From Trichoplax adhaerens (lineage: Eukaryota > Animalia > Placozoa): a DNA stretch of 64,000 bases. The position numbers and the translations under genes were made by a program. The stretch covers positions 285,010-349,009 of the forward strand of contig NW_002060960.1 of the NCBI RefSeq assembly GCF_000150275.1. The letters are read 5' to 3'. The notes under the pieces were generated by a model, which worked only from the letters and a program-made list of their open reading frames with translations, was not told the origin of the DNA and did no database searches. Positions 58,701 to 64,000 of this stretch are shown here, one piece after another (positions within the stretch are counted from its first letter, which is position 1; the number at the start of each line of letters is the position of its first letter).

Positions 58701-61700
58701 CGTTTGTTCCTCTCAAATTATTGCCTGTCAGATATCTGTCATGAGGTATTTCAAAAGTACATATCAAAAGTAATATTATCAGGTGCTTTTCAAAACATAT
58801 TTAATTAAAAAATCAAAACTATTCTACTTATAATTACTAAGGGTAAATAAGAATACGCAAGTAATTTAGAGATCAGCTATCACAAAGTTTATAGGTAATA
58901 AAATGGAAATTTCAGTGAAACTTCTTGTATTAGCTATTGAAATTATGATTCAATAACGTTTCATGATGGATTGAAAATCTTACGAATTAACTATATGCTA
59001 AATTATGTTCTACGGCATTTTTCATTATCATAGTCTTTTAGATAGATGATATGTATTTAAATTGAATTTTATAACTAGACACTAATATTGCATTTCGTAT
59101 ATACAGTACCGGAGAATACAGTAAGTATTATTTCACGTTGGTGGAAATTGATCAAAAGACGAAATACGCTAGCGGTGCATAACATTTAAATGACATACTA
59201 CAGAATCACATATTTGGTGGGAGGAATTTAGACCTTATAACTAATTCCAATGTTTATCTATCAATGCATTTTGTCTGATTAGATATAGTTATATAACTTA
59301 CAGGCCGTTTATGCGAGACACTACTTTAAAAAAATCATGATTAATGATTGATTTGTTGAAATTGCAGTTTCTAATATACCTAGCAAAAATTGTTTTATTA
59401 GTCATCTATTAGCAATTTTTACAGATATCCAACTGCGATAATAAATAGGGAAAATCGATTAAATTATTTAGCTGCAGTGTTGTTAAAATATCATAAATTA
59501 TAGTTGGAAAGGTATTCTTATTTGTAACCATAGCTATGCTATTATTACAAATTCATTAGTGATCCAAGGTGACTGAGAAATTGAAAATTGTCCAATTTCA
59601 AACTGTTGCTATTCTCTATCATGCTACAAATAAAAAGCGAATAATGCTTTAGGCATAGTAATTGTTATAGCAAATTTTACATTTGATTTTTGTAGTCGAG
59701 AAATTAATTGCTTACAAAGTTATTAGAAACTTAAGTTTGCTGATGGATTTTTCATGTATGTATTCCAAAGAACTACTTCCAATTTTTCTAAGTAGATCAC
59801 AATAATTATCAACTTAAAAAACTTGATGAATATAAAATTATACGATATTATGCAGCAGTAATCTACATCTCTTAATATAGTAAATAATCTAGTATTTAAA
59901 TTCGTATTATACTGTATAGCCTGTAATATAAATTACGGTAATTAAATCCAAGATATAAGAGAAAGTAACTATTTGATGAACTTTTATATTCCAGCCAGAA
60001 ATAACTAACAGGAGCCTTAATTGGATTTGGTTATTAAACGCATTTTCCGGAATTTTTGCAATTCTGTTTCCAGATATCCATCTATATGTTTAATGAAGAT
60101 AAATCTGAGTTTAATCTATATACCACAGTAATGCTAATTGGTGTCAATAAAACCTTTTACAAAATCGCTTAAGCAACTATATAATTGAAATTCTAAATTA
60201 TTAATATGGGACAACTTAATTACATATAATAAAGTCAATGTCAAGTATTACTATATAAATTACAGTTAAAGAATATTCATAGCGATATAAATAAGAGTAT
60301 ATCATTTAAGATTTTTCAACTGTGCAAACTCAGTAAAATACAAGTAGACAATATGAATGGCACCAACATGCAATGGTAGTACTATAATGATACAAAATAA
60401 TTGGACGATTGCATAAATTAGACTTGATGCTATGGATATCTCTATGCTCTTTCTTATTGTAGCAAGTCAAATTTTCCTTTATTAAGTAAATTAATTTATG
60501 AATTATGAACTTACAATTCCAAAAGCAAAGGAAGTCTCTTAAGAAGGCGTACTGATAGGATTCTTAATCGATTTCCAATTAAATTTCTTTCAAATTTCGA
60601 TATTTAATATGCTGTTAAACATACGTATTGCTTCTAGCCAAATATTATTATTTATGCAGATAGTAAAATGTTATATTAAATCAGTTACTATACTTACAAA
60701 TATTTGATGTTTGAATAGTCGCCGAATGCTTTTTCATCTATTTCCGTAAGTAAATTTAATAAGTTCATTAAATTTTGTAAATAATATAATGAAAAATTGA
60801 TNTCTAGCCGTAACATTAACTTTCCATATGTAAAATTCTTTTGTAATCTGCGGTCAAATAAGAAGAAAAGGAACTAACTTATGCTTACGATCGTACCACT
60901 TCTATATTTTTTTGTCATCTAGAATTATACTGCAGCTCAACAGCAGCTGGATCGTCTATATTATATTCAAATTGGTTTCACTGACACAAATTCAACATAT
61001 CAATAAAGCTATAGTAGGTTCTTCGCACTTTTAGACCTAATGATGAGCACGTTTGGCTATTTGACTTTTATGATTATTTGTACATTTTTTAAATTGTCAT
61101 TAAGTTTCGCAGATTTTGATGCTCCTCTATATTACAAAACTTGTCCTTACTTTATTCAGCGATATCGACACTTAAATCCACTTGGATATGAATGTTATAG
61201 TTTTTAAATTGCTTGATAACGCATTTACATCTTATGCTATTCTTATAAACTGGATGTGTAATTAAATATTGTACTTACATACTTTAGCAACGATTGCTTT
61301 AAGCATGTACTTACAGCTTACAGGTATTTTATTCGGTTAATAAAGAGATTTGCAGAGTTTTTAGATCTAATATTGTAGCCACTTTGTTAAAATAAAATAT
61401 CTTATTTTAGCAACCTACATTTTCTGTAATGAGATCACGTCTAGGAAAACTTTAGGCCCTAATGTGGAAATTTCATTGGAAGATAGATCTCTAAAATGTT
61501 TCATGATAGTTGATGATATAAATTTCTTATGATAACACCTAAGATAGGTTATTGTTATTCGTCTACCATAGGCTATTATAATGGAAATTTACGAGGAAAT
61601 TCAAACGTATACAAGTATAGATGATACCATATACTGTTTCAAATTAATTATATTTTATCTTTGTTGAGATACATTTTTACCTTAAACGTTATCGATTACG

Positions 61701-62069
61701 CAGTATTAACAGGTAATGGTATTTTCTCATTGCAGCATATAGTAGTTGTCGTATTATGTATAATGACTATTTACAACTTACAGTGATTTTAAATATATGC
61801 ACTCGGAAAAGTGATTGCGATGAAGACTTTGAAGTCTATTTCTAAAGAATTTCCTAGAAATAAGCAATAAACTTATGCCATCTATTGTAGATACTATTAA
61901 ATGTCGTCTAGAAAATACTGAAATGCCTATTGACGGCAAATAAAGAGGCAAGATTATGAGCATGTGATAAATGATATTCAATTGTGTTAAAATCACTTAC
62001 AGATATTCAAGACCAGTACCATTGCACAGATGATTTGGTAAACTAGCCAAACGATTTTCGGTGAGATCT
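49756..62069 (-). CDS. Leucine-rich-repeat GPCR (LGR, RXFP/GRL101-like) with a predicted C-terminal TKL-type pseudokinase domain; 5' end and extreme 3' exons unresolved
   Basis: About 17 phase-2 LRR exons of 69-78 nt between 56045 and 62069; 7TM exon 53475-54532; linker exon 53184-53251; kinase-like exons 51828-52057, 51465-51663, 50610-50819; candidate last exon 49756-49856. Confidence 0.7.
50610..52057 (-). CDS. Three exons encoding a kinase-fold (pseudokinase) domain
   Basis: 51828-52057 EFYKAKIFGQNDPDGIPTWLKYYDRKEKKQWETEKNFYCTIKLRNWQMDNIV (phase 0->2); 51465-51663 LIVCYQ..LSDMI..IIHGNISKDNIYI (2->0); 50610-50819 ITALLGNFSSTK..RKDLKSLAQLCDEL (0->0). All are AG/GT bounded, and the subdomains appear in kinase order. 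Confidence 0.75.
53467..54532 (-). CDS. Hinge plus class A 7TM exon of the LGR
   Basis: YTTLEYLCCIAP..FSLSTCTHIL..LRTFVWFISIFSITGN, INLSVADLLMGFYL, W..SPIC, ITLDRF, NGACLP, TDLTCWLPF, NSCINPILYT: typical LGR/relaxin-receptor-type 7TM motifs. Confidence 0.95.
56045..62069 (-). CDS. LRR ectodomain exons of the LGR (one LRR per phase-2 exon)
   Basis: Examples: 56045-56116 NLRNNPVLEFTKLSFVGSRYLNSL; 56273-56344 NVANNRISQIGPRCL; 57618-57689 HLSHNQLKRADYLSL; 58116-58187 ILSGNSFDQLSHNLF; 58664-58735 YLTGNNLRG; 60010-60081 WISGNRIAKIPENAFNN; 61419-61490 DLSSNEISTLGPKVF; 61782-61853; 62001-62069 DLTENRLASLPNHL. Confidence 0.88.
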
Positions 62070-62764
62070 CTATTTTGAATAAGAAAAAAGTTTCCCTATT
62101 AAGTTCTAAATTATGTAAGCACCGGATTATAATTTCATACAAATATTTGGCCACTATATAGCACTTTAGAGTAGCCTGCTAAGATTACTGTCTTTCGGTA
62201 TATAGCATTGTTACGGTGTTATCTCACCATTTGAATAGATTTACGTAATCTTAGCTAATGTGGTAGAACTGGTGATAACTTGATGTTGTTGTTTACTAAT
62301 TATTGTCGATATATGATCATGTTATGTTAAATGGATTGTTTGACAGTATCGGTAATATGTAATACTGATTACTATGACTTAATAGAATAATCTCATACTA
62401 TCTCTTAGTCGTAATCATGTGTAATGTGGTATTGAAGTTGTTTTGTTATTGTTATGTTCGATTATCATCGAGCCTTATAAAAGCGAGTGCGCTGCTCAAA
62501 AGGCTCTAGTTGTTGTAGTTGTTGTTGAAGAAATCGTTGTAGTTCTCCAGTTTGTAAGTCGTCTTTACTTAAAATAAAAGGGCGTTTAAGTCATAAGTTT
62601 GCTTAAGGACTTTTATCTTGCGTTTCCTTGCCACAAACAATTCCGGTTTGTGACAAGCATAGATATATATTAAAATGTGGTATTAGAGTTTTAGACTTGA
62701 ATGATTGTATGACTAAGAAAAATATATATTGATCAAATGATTTGAAAAACTGTCGAAAATAAGA

Positions 62765-62814
62765 NNNNNNNNNNNNNNNNNNNNNNNNNNNNNNNNNNNN
62801 NNNNNNNNNNNNNN
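62765..62814. other. Assembly gap (50 N)
   Basis: Run of N; a further single N is at 60802. Confidence 1.
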
Positions 62815-64000
62815 ATGCACCTATAGTTCAAGTATAGAATATAAGCTTCGTCATTTTAGACTAGCAGAGAACTATGATTGCCCTAATAATAAATCTAGAA
62901 TGTTTCTATTAACAATAGTTAATTTTGACTGATTAAGTTATAAAAGTCTAGGCAATTTGTTAAAAGAAAATTTAGAATTTAGAATAACTATAACTTTTTG
63001 GGACTAAAAACTAGGAACGTCAATTTAAATTGGCGTTGATAGTATTTCGATATCTAAGTGCATCGAATTACACCCTTCGAATGTATCTTTTTCTTATAAC
63101 ATTGCGTTTTTCATTCCAATGTTGTATATTAATTAACTTAAAAATTAATAATAATATTTGAGCGATATAGTATGTATTTTTTACTTCATACTTAAACATG
63201 TTAAATTAAAGACACTTATACAAACATAATTCTTATAGATTGCCGCTCAGCTTGATGTGAATTTTTTAAGGAATGAATGAGATTTTTGGAATAGTCACTA
63301 GAAATAAATAATAAACAGTCACTACAGCATAGAAGTTAATATAATAAAGTAAAATATTAGACATTAGTACTGTTTCAACAGCTTGAATATCGAAATTTAT
63401 TAAATTTGAATCTATTTTTTATAGCATAGCTTCGATGATATTACTAAGATTTAAACTAAGCATGTACGCAAATAAAAATCATCTAGTTGACATTACTCTT
63501 CGCCAGTTTTATATTTCTAATCGGTATTCGTACCAGTGCAGATTTTCTTGGCATGATTGTAAGGTCTACTGCATTATTATCTAGAGTAATAATTCTATGG
63601 ATCTTGTTTTCAACTAATAGGCCAATAGTTGATTGCTGATCATCAAAATCGAAATATAATTTTTTTGTCGTGTGTCACAAAACAGCTTTGCAACAAGATA
63701 ACGCAATATACGATCAATAAGTCAATTCCTTGAACCACGTATCAAGGAACGATATCTGTACTATCACAAACACTTTTGCTCTACTAGAAGACTACACAAA
63801 GACTTAAACGCCTCGTATTTTACGTTAAACACTAAGCTGGAGAATTCACTTTATTTCACGATATACTGCATTTATATACTACTCCTCAATAGTTCATGAG
63901 TCATAGTTAATACAATTAACATTAGAATCATTTACTGAATTAGATATTAATTTTAGCTACTGCTCCCTTAATGCAGACAACAGTATTTACGAACATAGAC

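Overview
AT-rich eukaryotic (metazoan) genomic DNA with many short GT-AG introns. Composition, intron style and gene content suggest a placozoan such as Trichoplax; that assignment is inference. Genes reconstructed exon by exon from the sequence: (1) 3' part of SPOP (+, 1-2110); (2) a myosin essential light chain (-, 3219-5035); (3,4) a tandem pair of SLC15/POT peptide transporters (+, 7649-11731 and 13893-17212), the second with a 2-nt frameshift; (5,6) a tandem pair of intact 30-exon ABCC1/MRP1-type transporters (+, 20026-32073 and 35445-46338); (7) a large LRR-containing GPCR (LGR, RXFP/GRL101-like; -, ~49756-62069, 5' end unresolved near an assembly gap). The most notable observation is that the 7TM exon of this GPCR ends on a consensus GTGAGT donor. 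Phase-compatible downstream exons encode a TGF-beta-receptor-like (TKL) kinase fold with HRD->HGN and DFG->NFS, giving a predicted LRR-7TM-pseudokinase fusion receptor that the ORF track does not show. Other points: tandem CLEAR-like E-boxes plus a dileucine motif at the first SLC15, loss of the ExxER proton-coupling motif in both SLC15s, a W1246-equivalent change in one MRP1 paralog, frequent AAG acceptors, ACTGT-pentamer clusters near 5' ends of genes, and several tandem repeats. No tRNA, rRNA, CRISPR array or recognisable transposon was found. All gene models are manual and lack transcript support.
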